This document shows, piece by piece, positions 49,354 to 60,159 of a stretch of 64,000 bases of DNA. Position 1 is the stretch's first letter. Each line of letters opens with the position of its first letter. The position numbers and the translations under genes are program-made. The stretch comes from Bdellovibrionota bacterium (lineage in GTDB: Bacteria > Bdellovibrionota_C > UBA2361 > JAAYZI01): assembly GCA_050950765.1 (NCBI GenBank), contig JBMNIF010000002.1, positions 992,001 to 1,056,000 of the forward strand, given 5' to 3'. Below the pieces are notes generated by a model. It had not been told where the DNA came from. It saw only the letters and a list, made by a program, of their open reading frames with translations, and did not search any database.

Positions 49354-52300
49354 ATGGATGATATTTTTAGTTTATTTGAGAAGCCTAAAAATCCGGTAAG
49401 GTTTGACGCTTTGAAGATCTCTTTGGCGAGTCCGGAAAAGATTCGCAGCTGGTCTTTTGGAGAGGTGACAAAACCGGAGACTATAAACTATCGCACACTC
49501 AAACCGGAGCGTGATGGTTTGTTCTGTGCGAAGATCTTCGGACCGGTCAAGGATTACGAGTGTATCTGCGGAAAGTATAAACGGCTTAGACACCGTGGTG
49601 TTGTTTGTGAAAAATGCGGTGTTGAAGTTATTCAATCAAAAGTTAGACGTGAAAGGATGGGGCATATCGATTTAGCTTGTCCTGTGGCGCATATCTGGTT
49701 TTTGAAGAGTTTGCCGAGTCGCATCGGAACGGTGCTTGATATTACATTGCGAGATCTGGAGAAGGTTCTCTATTTTGAATCTTATATAGTTAGCGATCCA
49801 GGTAAGACGGACTTAGAGTTCTGTCAACTTCTGAATGAAAGAGAGTATCGTGCCGCTAGAGATGAATTTGGTGATAACTTCCGTGCTGGTGTGGGTGCAG
49901 AGATCGTCTTGGAGCTTCTGCAAAAAATCGATGTTGATAAACTTTGCATTGAGCTTAGAGAAGAATTAAAAAATGTTACATCTGAAGCTAAGAAGAAGAA
50001 GCTCGCTAAACGGCTAAAAGTTCTTACTTCCTTTCAACAGAGTGGGAATAAACCTGAGTGGATGATCTTGACTGCCGTGCCGGTTATTCCGCCGGATCTC
50101 CGTCCCCTTGTGCCGCTAGATGGCGGACGTTTTGCAACCAGTGATCTTAATGATCTCTATCGACGTGTTATCAACCGTAACAACCGTTTGAAAAGGTTAA
50201 TAGAGTTACAGGCTCCTGACATCATTATCCGTAATGAGAAGCGGATGTTGCAGGAATCTGTTGATGCACTTTTCGATAATGGACGACGTGGAAGGACTAT
50301 TACAGGTCCAAACAAGAGACCACTTAAGTCATTGAGTGATATGTTAAAAGGAAAGGGGGGACGCTTTAGGCAGAACCTCTTAGGTAAACGTGTTGACTAT
50401 TCTGGACGTTCCGTAATTGTGTGCGGACCTGAACTAAGGCTGCATCAGTGTGGTCTACCTAAACGGATGGCGTTAGAGCTTTTTAAACCGTTTATCTACA
50501 ACAAGCTTGAAGAGCGTGGTTATGTGACTACGATTAAGAGTGCTAAGAAGATGGTTGAAAAGGAGAAACCAGTTGTTTGGGATATCCTTGATGAAGTCAT
50601 TAAAGAGCACCCTGTTCTGTTGAACCGTGCGCCGACCCTACATAGACTCGGTATTCAAGCTTTTGAACCTATCTTGATCGAAGGTAAAGCTATTCAGTTA
50701 CATCCGTTGGTGTGTTTTGCATTTAATGCAGACTTTGATGGTGACCAGATGGCTGTACACGTTCCGCTCTCTATTGAGGCGCAGGTCGAAGCACGTGTCT
50801 TGATGATGTCAACAAACAATATCCTTAGCCCACAAAATGGTAAGCCCGTTGTTTTACCGTCTCAAGATATCGTTCTCGGTTTATATTATATGACGCGCGA
50901 GAGACCGTTTGCTAAAGGAACAGGAATGGTATTTTCTGAACCTGAAGAGGTTTGGATGGCGTGGGAAGCCGATGAGGTACATATTCAAGCTGCTATTAAG
51001 TGTAGAATTGAGGGCGAGATCGTTGAGACTACGGTTGGTAGAGTGTTGTTGCTTCAACTATTACCGAAGGATGTTTTGCCGTTTAAGTACCTTAATAAAG
51101 TTCTCAAGAAGAAAGAGCTCTCTGAGATCTTAAATGAGTCTTATCGACAGGCGGGGAATAAAGCCACCGTGCTTGTAGCAGATAGTTTGAAAAATGTTGG
51201 ATACCATTTTGCGACTATCGCCGGTATTTCAATCGGCATTAGAGATCTTATGATCCCTGCTTCAAAGTCCAAGATCCTTTCAAACGCTGATGCTAAAGTG
51301 GCGGAGATCGATCAACAGTATCAGGAAGGTTTGATCACCGTTGGTGAGCGTTATAATAAAGTTATCGATATCTGGTCAGATGTGGGTGATAGGATCGCTG
51401 AAGATATGATGTTGGGGATCTCTTCAACTGAGTTCAAAAATGAGGAAACGGGAGAGGTTAAGCGAGGAGCTTCTTTCAATCCTGTTTACGTTATGGCGGA
51501 CTCTGGAGCACGTGGATCTAACCAACAGATCCGTCAGTTGGCAGGTATGAGAGGTTTGATGGCTAAGCCTGATGGATCCATTATTGAGCAACCCATTAAA
51601 GCGAACTTGCGTGAGGGCTTAACGGTTCTACAATATTTCGTATCAACTCACGGTGCTCGTAAAGGTTTGGCTGATACGGCACTTAAGACCGCTAACTCAG
51701 GTTACTTAACCCGTCGTTTAGTTGATGTGGCGCAAGACAGTATCGTTACGATGATGGATTGTGGCACGACTGAGGGTGTTGAGATGGCTGCCTTAGTTGA
51801 AGGTGGAGAGGAGATCGAATCCCTCGGGAATAGAATTCTCGGTCGTGTTGCGGCTGAAGATATTAGAGATCCGATTACTAATGAGGTTCTTGTTCCAAGA
51901 AATACCGGTATTGACGAGAAAGCTGTTGAAGCGATTTCAGCTGCTGGTCTTGATACCGTTTTAATCAGATCTGTATTGACGTGTGAAGCCCGTCAAGGTG
52001 TTTGTGCACGTTGTTACGGACGCGATCTCGGTCGTGGACATCTGGTTAATCTCGGAGAGGCTATCGGAGTTATCGCAGCGCAGTCTATCGGAGAACCAGG
52101 AACGCAGTTAACGATGAGAACGTTCCATATCGGTGGTGCGGCATCAGGTCGTGCTGAGCAGACCTCTATCGAAGCCCGTTATGCCGGTATGATTAAGATG
52201 GAGAACGCCAAGTTAGCATTTAAGCACGATGGATCTTCTGTTGTGATGAATCGCAAATCTCAGATCCTCGTTGTTGATCCGCAGGATGGACGTGAAAGAC

Positions 52301-53484
52301 AACGTCACGCCTTAGTTTATGGCGCTCGTTTGAGGGTAAAAGAGGGCGATCTCGTTGAAGCTGGTCAATTACTGACTGAATGGGATCCGTTTACTGTGCC
52401 GATCTTGAGTGAAGTTGCTGGTCGTGTTGAGTGGGTCGATATCAATGAACAAACTATGGAAGAGAGAACTGATGAAAGAACAGGTTTCTCAGAACGTGAA
52501 ATAGTTCAGAGTAAAGATCGCAGCACTGATTGGCGGCCACGAGTTGTTATTTACGGAGAGAATGGTGAAGTTAAGGTGTATAACTTACCGGTTGGTATAC
52601 GTGTTGTTGTTGAACACAATTCGGATATCGATGCTGGTGATGTTGTCGCTAAACGTGAACGTGCTACGACGAAGACAAAAGATATTACAGGTGGTTTGCC
52701 ACGTGTAGTAGAGCTTTTCGAAGCTAGAAAGCCGAAAGATCCAGCGCATGTGGCTGATGTAGATGGTGTGGTAAGTTTTGGTGAAGACTCTCGTGGTAAA
52801 CGAAGATTGATTATTACACCTGAATACGGTGATCCTGTTGAGATCCTAATCGCCAAGAATAAGCATATCGCTGTTCAGGAAGGGGATGTTATTAAAGCAG
52901 GTGAAGCGTTAACTGATGGTGCTGAAAATCCGCATGATATCTTGCGCATCAAAGGTATAAAGACCTTAGCGGCTTATCTGGTGAATGAAGTTCAGCAGAT
53001 TTATAGACTGCAAGGTGTGCGTATTGATGATAAGCATATCGAAGTTATCGTTCGACAGATGCTTAAACGTGTCAAGATCACTGATATGGGAGATACCAAG
53101 TTCTTAATCGGTGAAAATGCGGAGCGTTTTGCAGTGCTGGAAGAAAATGAAAGGGTGATTGCGCAAGGTGGTACTCCTGCGAAATATGAGTATCTATTAC
53201 TTGGTATTACTAAGGCATCTTTGGCAACGTATTCCTTTATTTCAGCGGCAAGTTTCCAAGAGACGACAAAAGTTCTTACAGAGGCTGCGGTTTCTGGTAA
53301 GGTCGATAATCTTATTGGACTTAAGGAAAATGTCATTATGGGACGTTTAATTCCTGCCGGTTCAGGTATGCATGAGTATACTGATAGAGAGATCTTAGTT
53401 GAAGGACAGGAAGAAGAGGTCGATGAACAAAAAGAGTTCCGAGTTAGTCAAACATCGTTGGAGTCTTTAGCAGGAATGCTCTAG
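49354..53484 (+). CDS. rpoC: DNA-directed RNA polymerase subunit beta'
   Basis: NADFDGDQM catalytic motif, Zn finger, [13 protein letters not shown]. Confidence 0.99.
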   Translation: MDDIFSLFEKPKNPVRFDALKISLASPEKIRSWSFGEVTKPETINYRTLKPERDGLFCAKIFGPVKDYECICGKYKRLRHRGVVCEKCGVEVIQSKVRRERMGHIDLACPVAHIWFLKSLPSRIGTVLDITLRDLEKVLYFESYIVSDPGKTDLEFCQLLNEREYRAARDEFGDNFRAGVGAEIVLELLQKIDVDKLCIELREELKNVTSEAKKKKLAKRLKVLTSFQQSGNKPEWMILTAVPVIPPDLRPLVPLDGGRFATSDLNDLYRRVINRNNRLKRLIELQAPDIIIRNEKRMLQESVDALFDNGRRGRTITGPNKRPLKSLSDMLKGKGGRFRQNLLGKRVDYSGRSVIVCGPELRLHQCGLPKRMALELFKPFIYNKLEERGYVTTIKSAKKMVEKEKPVVWDILDEVIKEHPVLLNRAPTLHRLGIQAFEPILIEGKAIQLHPLVCFAFNADFDGDQMAVHVPLSIEAQVEARVLMMSTNNILSPQNGKPVVLPSQDIVLGLYYMTRERPFAKGTGMVFSEPEEVWMAWEADEVHIQAAIKCRIEGEIVETTVGRVLLLQLLPKDVLPFKYLNKVLKKKELSEILNESYRQAGNKATVLVADSLKNVGYHFATIAGISIGIRDLMIPASKSKILSNADAKVAEIDQQYQEGLITVGERYNKVIDIWSDVGDRIAEDMMLGISSTEFKNEETGEVKRGASFNPVYVMADSGARGSNQQIRQLAGMRGLMAKPDGSIIEQPIKANLREGLTVLQYFVSTHGARKGLADTALKTANSGYLTRRLVDVAQDSIVTMMDCGTTEGVEMAALVEGGEEIESLGNRILGRVAAEDIRDPITNEVLVPRNTGIDEKAVEAISAAGLDTVLIRSVLTCEARQGVCARCYGRDLGRGHLVNLGEAIGVIAAQSIGEPGTQLTMRTFHIGGAASGRAEQTSIEARYAGMIKMENAKLAFKHDGSSVVMNRKSQILVVDPQDGRERQRHALVYGARLRVKEGDLVEAGQLLTEWDPFTVPILSEVAGRVEWVDINEQTMEERTDERTGFSEREIVQSKDRSTDWRPRVVIYGENGEVKVYNLPVGIRVVVEHNSDIDAGDVVAKRERATTKTKDITGGLPRVVELFEARKPKDPAHVADVDGVVSFGEDSRGKRRLIITPEYGDPVEILIAKNKHIAVQEGDVIKAGEALTDGAENPHDILRIKGIKTLAAYLVNEVQQIYRLQGVRIDDKHIEVIVRQMLKRVKITDMGDTKFLIGENAERFAVLEENERVIAQGGTPAKYEYLLLGITKASLATYSFISAASFQETTKVLTEAAVSGKVDNLIGLKENVIMGRLIPAGSGMHEYTDREILVEGQEEEVDEQKEFRVSQTSLESLAGML

Positions 53485-53517
53485 GGCTTTAATTGACTAT
53501 TGATGTTCAGGTAGAGT

Positions 53518-53567
53518 AAAACCAGCTGGGAGGTGAAGAGAAGGCATCACCTTTTAGCTGGTTTTTT
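53518..53567 (+). terminator. Intrinsic terminator after rpoC
   Basis: AAAACCAGCTGGGAGGTGA / TCACCTTTTAGCTGGTTTTTT stem with T tract. Confidence 0.8.
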
Positions 53568-53630
53568 GTATTTATTCGATTCACCTTGAGGCTTAATATT
53601 TGAATTTATATTTTAAAAAGTAATTATTTT

Positions 53631-54302
53631 ATGAAACGCACGCCATTAAAAGATCGCGTATTGCCTGGTTATACCAAAGAGGAAGAGATCTTTAATATGA
53701 CTTCGCATATTGTAGGAGGGGCGTTTGCGATTATCGCTTTAATTATGTGTATTGCGGTTGCTTCGTGGAAGCACAATGTTTGGGGGATCGTTAGTGGTGC
53801 TATTTATGGTTCCACGTTGGTTATTTTATACACGATGTCCAGTATTTATCACGGCTTAAAGAGTTCAACCGCTAAAAAAGTTTTTCAAGTAATTGATCAT
53901 TGCGCCATATTTCTTCTGATAGCAGGAACATATACCCCGATCTTACTTAATTCTTTTCGAGAAGCGCATCCAGGATTTGCATGGAGTTTATTCGGTGTTA
54001 ATTGGGGCATGGTTCTTATCGGTGTTACCCTTAACGCCATTGATATCAGTAAATATCGTAAATTATCTTTAGCGTGTTACATCGGGATGGGGTGGTGTAT
54101 AGTTGTGGCAGCTGGTCCGATGGTAAAGGTCTTTCCACCAGCAGCACTTATTTTGCTACTCTTAGGCGGAATCGTCTACACTATTGGTGCTGGATTTTAT
54201 GCTGTTGGTAGAAGAAGAAAATATATGCACTCTATCTTTCATATCTTTGTTTTAGCAGGAAGTGTTTTGCACTTTTGTTGTATTCTTCTATACGTGCTTT
54301 AA
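53631..54302 (+). CDS. Hemolysin III/PAQR family membrane protein
   Basis: EEIFN..SH, SSIYH, DHCAIFLLIAGTYTP, HSIFHIFVL. Confidence 0.92.
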   Translation: MKRTPLKDRVLPGYTKEEEIFNMTSHIVGGAFAIIALIMCIAVASWKHNVWGIVSGAIYGSTLVILYTMSSIYHGLKSSTAKKVFQVIDHCAIFLLIAGTYTPILLNSFREAHPGFAWSLFGVNWGMVLIGVTLNAIDISKYRKLSLACYIGMGWCIVVAAGPMVKVFPPAALILLLLGGIVYTIGAGFYAVGRRRKYMHSIFHIFVLAGSVLHFCCILLYVL

Positions 54303-54443
54303 CGAAGATAGTTAATATGCTTTGCTAGGTATGATTCTTTTACTAATGGTGGCGCTGGCGCAAAGTTTTTCTTGCTGTGTAGATACTTGTTTTTTGCCGA
54401 TGTCTTACCGTTACATTGATGTCTGTGTGTTTATTGGAGGAAT

Positions 54444-56012
54444 ATGAAAAAAGCAGCCCTGATTAGTGTTTCTGATAGAAGTGGTTTGGAGAAATTTGCA
54501 AAGACCTTGTTAGAGTGTGGCTATGAACTTTTAACGACTTCGGGGAGTGGTAAGTTTTTAAAAGAGTGTGGTATCTCCAGCACTGCAATTGAGGAATATA
54601 CAGGGCAGAAAGAGATCCTTGGTGGACGTGTTAAAACGTTGCATCCTAAAATTCATGGGGGGCTTTTGGCGAAGCGTTCAGATCCTGAGCATCTGCAACA
54701 GTTGGAGGAAGGTGGTATTCCGCAGATAGAGGTTGCAGTTGTTAATCTATATCCGTTCGCAGGGGGGTTAACGGGAGAAAAGGCTGCGGATCCTGATAAG
54801 ATGGTAGAGCTGATAGATATCGGTGGCCCGACCATGATTCGAGCAGCAGCTAAAAACCATCAAAGCGTTTGGGCTGTGATAGATCCTAAAGATTATGAGG
54901 CGGTAGGGGAGTTCTTAAAAAAGAGAGAGCAAGATTCTGCGGCAGCTCTGCAATTCAGAAGAAGTTTAGCGGTCAAGGTTTTTACGCAACTGGCGCAATA
55001 TAACTTAGAGATTGCACGTTACTTTGCGCAGATTAAAAACGAACCTTATACACCTGAATGGTCTGTTGGGCAGGATGTGACGGGAATGGTGCTAACAAAA
55101 ACACAAGACCTCCGTTATGGAGAAAATCCGCATCAGAAGGGAGCGTTTTATTCTGTACTTGGTGCTGCCGATAGTGGCTGGAAACAGTTTCAAGGGAAGG
55201 AGCTCTCTTATAATAATTTAATAGATTTTGATGCAGCGTATCGTATCGTTCGGTCGCTGCCTTCAGATCAGCCAGCAGTTACTATTGTAAAGCACTTAAA
55301 TCCTTGTGGTGCAGCGTGTGGTAAAAATTTGATTGATGCTTTAACTCGGGCACGTGCTGGAGATCCGAGGAGTCATTTCGGTGGGATTATCGCTTTTAAT
55401 CGAACGGTTGATAAAGTTACGGCGGAAGCTGTGATTGATGATTTTACGGAGATAGTAGTAGCGCCGCACTTTGAAGTGGAAGCGTTGGAAGCTTTTACGA
55501 AACGGAAAAACTTGCGGGTGTTGCAGATCGATTTTGATAAGGTCAGTCGTACTGAATTTAGGAGTGTGCAAGGTGGCGTATTAGTGCAAGAGGTTGATTA
55601 TGGGGTGCATGCTATTAGTGCGGAAGATATAGTTTGTGGTGAAAAACTTTCTGAAAAGGTTATGGCAGACCTCCGTTTTGCTTGGAGTTTATGCGCTTAT
55701 ATTAAGTCTAATGCGATCTCAATTGTAAAAGATCTGATGTTGATCGGTACTGGTGGCGGGCAGATGAGTCGTATCGATGCTGCAGAGGTGGCGCTTTGGA
55801 AGGCGCGTACACATGGGCATGATTTAAAAGGTGCTGTGGCAGCTTCTGATGCTTTCTTCCCATTCACGGATTGTGTTGATGTCTTAGCTGAGGCGGGGAT
55901 CTGTGCGATTGTTGTTCCTGCTGGTGCTAAACGTGATGCAGAAGTTTTAGAAAAAGCTAAAGAACGTGGGATATCGTTAATTTTTGCGCATGAGCGTCAT
56001 TTTAGACATTAG
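54444..56012 (+). CDS. purH: Bifunctional AICAR transformylase/IMP cyclohydrolase
   Basis: ALISVSD, GRVKTLHP, LRYGENPHQ, ASDAFFPF, RHFRH. Confidence 0.97.
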   Translation: MKKAALISVSDRSGLEKFAKTLLECGYELLTTSGSGKFLKECGISSTAIEEYTGQKEILGGRVKTLHPKIHGGLLAKRSDPEHLQQLEEGGIPQIEVAVVNLYPFAGGLTGEKAADPDKMVELIDIGGPTMIRAAAKNHQSVWAVIDPKDYEAVGEFLKKREQDSAAALQFRRSLAVKVFTQLAQYNLEIARYFAQIKNEPYTPEWSVGQDVTGMVLTKTQDLRYGENPHQKGAFYSVLGAADSGWKQFQGKELSYNNLIDFDAAYRIVRSLPSDQPAVTIVKHLNPCGAACGKNLIDALTRARAGDPRSHFGGIIAFNRTVDKVTAEAVIDDFTEIVVAPHFEVEALEAFTKRKNLRVLQIDFDKVSRTEFRSVQGGVLVQEVDYGVHAISAEDIVCGEKLSEKVMADLRFAWSLCAYIKSNAISIVKDLMLIGTGGGQMSRIDAAEVALWKARTHGHDLKGAVAASDAFFPFTDCVDVLAEAGICAIVVPAGAKRDAEVLEKAKERGISLIFAHERHFRH

Positions 56013-56035
56013 GATAATTATTAAATGGAGTTATA

Positions 56036-57280
56036 ATGAAAGTTTTAGTTATCGGAAAGGGTGGTAGAGAGAATGCGATCTGTTGGAAATTAAAACAATC
56101 TCCCCTTTTAACGGATCTCTTTATTGCTCCAGGGAATCCTGGCACTGCTAAACTCGGAGTGAATGTTGCGATCGAACCTTCTGATATTACGGCTTTAAAA
56201 GATTTTGCACTTAAAAATAAGATCGATCTAACCGTAGTAGGACCAGAAGATCCGTTGGTGGCGGGGATTGTTGATCACTTTCAAAGCGCTGGCTTGAAAA
56301 TTTTTGGACCGAGTAAAGTTGCTGCACAATTAGAGGGCTCTAAGGAGTTTGCTAAAGAGGTGATGTTGGCGGCAGGTGTGCCGACAGCGGAGTATGCTGT
56401 TTTTAGTGATAAGGACACTGCTCTGAAATATGCAAGAGATAAGAAAGCTCCGTTAGTTGTGAAGGCTGATGGCCTAGCTGCAGGTAAAGGGGTTTTCGTT
56501 TGTATGAAGCAGGATGAGTTGGAGGGTGCTATACCGCAAGCTTTTGATCGTTTTCATAGTTCAAAGGTTGTGATTGAGGAGTATCTGAACGGTTGTGAAG
56601 CCTCTTTTATCGTAGCTACTGATGGAAAACGGATCGTACCGCTAGCTGCTTCGCACGACTATAAACGGGTTTTTGATAATAACCGAGGGGCGAACACGGG
56701 CGGCATGGGAACGGTCTCACCGACACCGCACCTTTCAAAAGATCAAGAAGAGTGGGTGATGCAGAAGGTGATGCGCCCTATGATAGATGAGATGGCGAGA
56801 AGGGGTACGCCGTTTAGTGGTTTTCTGTATGCTGGATTGATGATTACAGATGATGGGATAAAAGTTTTAGAGTTCAATACGCGCTTAGGAGATCCGGAAA
56901 CGCAGGTTATTTTGCGTAGAATGGATGGAGATCTTTTAGCGTTGTTGAAAGCTTTTGTTGATGGTGAGGAGACACCAAAGATATCGTGTCGATCTGAAGC
57001 AGCGGTGTGTCTTGTTTTAGCAGCGCAAGGTTATCCTGAAGCGGTAAAGGTAGGTGATGAAATTAAGGGTGTAGATAAGTTTGATGGTGATGAACGTATA
57101 GTTGTTTTTCACGCCGGTACAAAAGATCAAGATGGGAAGCTTTATACTGCGGGGGGCAGGGTTTTGTGTATTACCGCAAATGGGGAAGATGTTAAAGGTG
57201 CGCGGGAAGTAGTTTATCAAGGTGTTAAGGAGATAACCTTTGAGGGGATGCATTATCGACGCGATATCGGAGGAAATTAG
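56036..57280 (+). CDS. purD: Phosphoribosylamine-glycine ligase
   Basis: GGRE, LEGSK, KADGLAAGKG, NTGGMG, EFNTRLGDPE. Confidence 0.97.
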   Translation: MKVLVIGKGGRENAICWKLKQSPLLTDLFIAPGNPGTAKLGVNVAIEPSDITALKDFALKNKIDLTVVGPEDPLVAGIVDHFQSAGLKIFGPSKVAAQLEGSKEFAKEVMLAAGVPTAEYAVFSDKDTALKYARDKKAPLVVKADGLAAGKGVFVCMKQDELEGAIPQAFDRFHSSKVVIEEYLNGCEASFIVATDGKRIVPLAASHDYKRVFDNNRGANTGGMGTVSPTPHLSKDQEEWVMQKVMRPMIDEMARRGTPFSGFLYAGLMITDDGIKVLEFNTRLGDPETQVILRRMDGDLLALLKAFVDGEETPKISCRSEAAVCLVLAAQGYPEAVKVGDEIKGVDKFDGDERIVVFHAGTKDQDGKLYTAGGRVLCITANGEDVKGAREVVYQGVKEITFEGMHYRRDIGGN

Positions 57281-57362
57281 TTTTTTTCAGAGAAAAAGAT
57301 AAGATTTTTTCATTTGAAGCATTGGAGATAACGTCGACTCGTGTTAAAAGTACACTCTATCG

Positions 57363-57439
57363 GCACCCGTAGCTCAGCTGGATAGAGCATCCGCCTTCTA
57401 AGCGGAGGGTCAGAGGTTCGAATCCTCTCGGGTGTGCCA
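57363..57439 (+). tRNA. tRNA-Arg(TCT)
   Basis: GCACCCG/CGGGTGT stem, loop CT-TCT-AA, GTTCGAATC, 3' CCA. Confidence 0.95.
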
Positions 57440-57440
57440 A

Positions 57441-57617
57441 GTCGGATGTGCGAAGCACCATCCGAGGTGTGTGCAAGTAGTTGACAATGGCGCCCGAGAG
57501 GGTTCGAATGTTTGCGGAGCGAGCCAGCGGGGTGAAAAAACTTAAAATTGCGAATCCTCGTCGGATGTGCGAAGCATCATCCGAGGTGTGTGCAAGTAGT
57601 TGACAATGGCGCCCGAG
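57441..57617 (+). repeat. tRNA-linked direct repeat (58 bp x2, period 119)
   Basis: GTCGGATGTGCGAAGCA(C/T)CATCCGAGG...GGCGCCCGAG at 57441 and 57560. Confidence 0.9.
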
Positions 57618-57625
57618 ATTAGAAA

Positions 57626-57994
57626 ATGATTAATCCGTATCTATCTCTATTATATTTTATATTAATAGTTGCTGCTTTTTTGGCAGTAATGCTTTTTCTC
57701 TGTGCTGTACTTGGTCCGAAGTATAAAACCAGAGTGAAGCACCATGTGCCGTTTGAGTGTGGCTCTATCCCCGTAGGGGATGCTTGTAATACTCGATTTG
57801 GCGTTAAGTTCTATCTTTTAGCCATGCTTTTTATCATTTTTGATGTTGGGATAGTTTTTATCTATCCGTGGGCTCTCTCTTTTAGAGAGTTGGGGGGGGC
57901 ACCGTTTATTGCGATGTTGGTTTTTATCGGTATTCTAACGGTCGGATTTATCTACATCTGGCGTAAAGGCGTGTTTGATTGGAATAAAAGATAG
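57626..57994 (+). CDS. nuoA: NADH-quinone oxidoreductase subunit A
   Basis: PFECG, KFYLLAMLFIIFD, YPWA, YIWRKGVFDW. Confidence 0.93.
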   Translation: MINPYLSLLYFILIVAAFLAVMLFLCAVLGPKYKTRVKHHVPFECGSIPVGDACNTRFGVKFYLLAMLFIIFDVGIVFIYPWALSFRELGGAPFIAMLVFIGILTVGFIYIWRKGVFDWNKR

Positions 57995-58047
57995 CGCTAC
58001 AAGACGCTAAAATCACAATAGTTAATAGTATCAAAATATTAGCAAAA

Positions 58048-58224
58048 GACTAGGTCTTTACGGAGGTCAAAAATTACACCCTTCAGTGGCATCAGAACGG
58101 GCTGATACTACAAAACGGGATCAGCTAGATCTGTACGGAGGTTAAAAATTACACCCTTCAGTGACATCAGAACGGGCTGCAACTGTAGAACGAATCGGTT
58201 AGGTTTTTACGGAGGTTAAGAATT
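58048..58224 (-). repeat. ~74 bp tandem repeats (about 2.4 units), same family as 39591-39892, inverted
   Basis: Reverse complement reads AACCTCCGTAAAAACCTAACCGATTCG...CTGAAGGGTGTAATTTTT; CGGAGG anchors at 58061, 58136, 58210. Confidence 0.92.
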
Positions 58225-58896
58225 TTCAAGATTTTGAAAGTTTTCTGTAAATTCGTTACACGCTTCTTGCAGAAGCTCTTCTGGATTGTATCCACTTCTG
58301 TTGCAAAAAATCGCCATTTCGAAGAGGGCTTTTTTAAATATTTCTCGTGTTAAGGAGTTTTTCTCGTCAGATAATAGTGTTTTTGCAAAGTTTTTAAGGT
58401 TATCACGATCTGAAGTATCGATCTTTAGGTGTGATTTAGCAGCACGTTCTGTTATCCTGATGGTGCGGAGCAGGGCAGGTAAAGCACGAGGGATGCCATC
58501 CAACGCTCCTCGCTCTTTACGTTTAATTTCCTGCCAGTTTTTTTCAACATCTTCTGGAGTGTCTGCTAATTCATTACCGAAAACGTGTGGATGCCTACGG
58601 ATAAGTTTTTCTTTTAGATTAGTTATCACGTTAAAGATATCGAAAGCGTTAGATTCTGCTGCAATTTCACTGTGTAGAAGAACTTGCAGTAAAACATCCC
58701 CTAGCTCTTCGCAGATCTCTTCAGGAGCAGAGTCGATAGCATCAACTAATTCATACGCTTCTTCTATAACGTATTGTTTTAAAGTTTGGTGAGTTTGTAC
58801 TTTATCCCAAGGACAACCATCTTTAGGGTCTCGTAGTTTTGAGATTACATCTAATAATTCTTGGAAGGTGTTTTGATTATCGGTGTGTTTTGTCAT
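58216..58896 (-). CDS. mazG: Nucleoside triphosphate pyrophosphohydrolase MazG
   Basis: GCPWD, EEAYE, EELGDVL, RRHPHVF. Confidence 0.9.
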   Translation of the reverse strand: MTKHTDNQNTFQELLDVISKLRDPKDGCPWDKVQTHQTLKQYVIEEAYELVDAIDSAPEEICEELGDVLLQVLLHSEIAAESNAFDIFNVITNLKEKLIRRHPHVFGNELADTPEDVEKNWQEIKRKERGALDGIPRALPALLRTIRITERAAKSHLKIDTSDRDNLKNFAKTLLSDEKNSLTREIFKKALFEMAIFCNRSGYNPEELLQEACNEFTENFQNLENS

Positions 58897-59980
58897 TTTT
58901 TTCTTCAGTTAAACGTTGAAAGAGATCTGTATACGCCGCGAGCGCTTTATCCGCGTTAAAACGTTCCTCGATCCATTTGATTGAATTAACGGTAAAAGTT
59001 TGTAACTTTTGTCTATCATTGTAAAGATCACTGATAGCTTCCGCTAAGGCTGTTGGGTCTTTAGGCGGGACGACTAAGCCGTTTTTCTGATGTTGTACCA
59101 ACTCCGGTAGTCCGCCGATATCTGTTACCACAGCTGGGATGCCTTGCGACATTGATTCTACAATAGATCTCGGCACCCCTTCACGACGTGTTGATGCCAT
59201 AACACTTAAGTTAAATAGCCGTGTGACTTCGACAGCATCGGGGCGAAATCCGATAAAGTGTATTTTAGAAGCGATGCCTAACTTCTGCGCCAGATCTGGA
59301 TACCGTTGGTCGTTGTTTTTTCCAACGATTATCAGATGAATCGGCAGATGTGAAAGTTTGGCAAAAGCTTTAATGATAATATCTATCCCTTTTAATTCTC
59401 GTACATTTGCTACGCATCCTACAATAAAGGCATCATTCGGGATCTTGAGATCTCCGAGTGTCGGTTTGGTGGTGCCTTGATACCACTCTGTTTTGTGCCC
59501 TTTATAAATAGTGACTAATTTATTTTGCGGCAGTCCGAAATTAAGTAGATAGTTCTTAACACCTTCGCAGTTACAAACGATCATGCGTAAGCGGGGGTGT
59601 AAGTGCGTTATCCAACAAGCAGGATCTAGGCGGCTTAGGTTCCCCATAGTGCCACGATAAACTACAACTTTTGTATTAAGCCCGTGTGTGGCAAGCATAG
59701 CTGCTGCTAAACCTTTATTGTAAGTAGTAAAAATAACATCGTAATTGTTACTGATAATCTGTTTGCGAAGTTGAAGAACTCTAGCGATGTCAAAACGGTG
59801 TAAGATGTGCATTTCACGAAGGTCGTGCGTAGCAGAGCGGAGATCTTCTTTATTCGGCTCTGCTGGATCAACTAGTAGATCAACTTTAAAGCCCGATTTT
59901 TGAGATAGCCCTTTAAAAAGACAGCGCTCTGTTCTATCAGCGATAGCGCTAATTATTAGTAGGTGTGGCGTTTTCTGCAT
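58877..59980 (-). CDS. Glycosyltransferase family 4 protein
   Basis: GT-B fold; 'EGVPRSIVESM' EX7E motif, TDIGGLPE. Confidence 0.9.
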   Translation of the reverse strand: MQKTPHLLIISAIADRTERCLFKGLSQKSGFKVDLLVDPAEPNKEDLRSATHDLREMHILHRFDIARVLQLRKQIISNNYDVIFTTYNKGLAAAMLATHGLNTKVVVYRGTMGNLSRLDPACWITHLHPRLRMIVCNCEGVKNYLLNFGLPQNKLVTIYKGHKTEWYQGTTKPTLGDLKIPNDAFIVGCVANVRELKGIDIIIKAFAKLSHLPIHLIIVGKNNDQRYPDLAQKLGIASKIHFIGFRPDAVEVTRLFNLSVMASTRREGVPRSIVESMSQGIPAVVTDIGGLPELVQHQKNGLVVPPKDPTALAEAISDLYNDRQKLQTFTVNSIKWIEERFNADKALAAYTDLFQRLTEEKNDKTHR

Positions 59981-60159
59981 ATGGTGTGTTCCCTTTATTT
60001 AAAACGGAGCGTTATGCCGTAAGAAAGCGTATGTTGTCTTAGGCTGAATGTCGATACTATAAAAAGTAGAGTATTAGTATAAAAGAGGTCTGTCTACAAA
60101 ATACAGATCGGCGATATATAATTAAAAAATAGTGTAAGACTTTTAGTAAGAGGAAAAAA

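Noticed and set aside
58286..58792. 168 aa plus-strand ORF, and similar antisense ORFs (3082-3765, 11677-12168, 33562-33867, 34402-34737, 41503-41913, 43859-44269)
   Set aside because: Shadow frames opposite better-supported genes, no motifs
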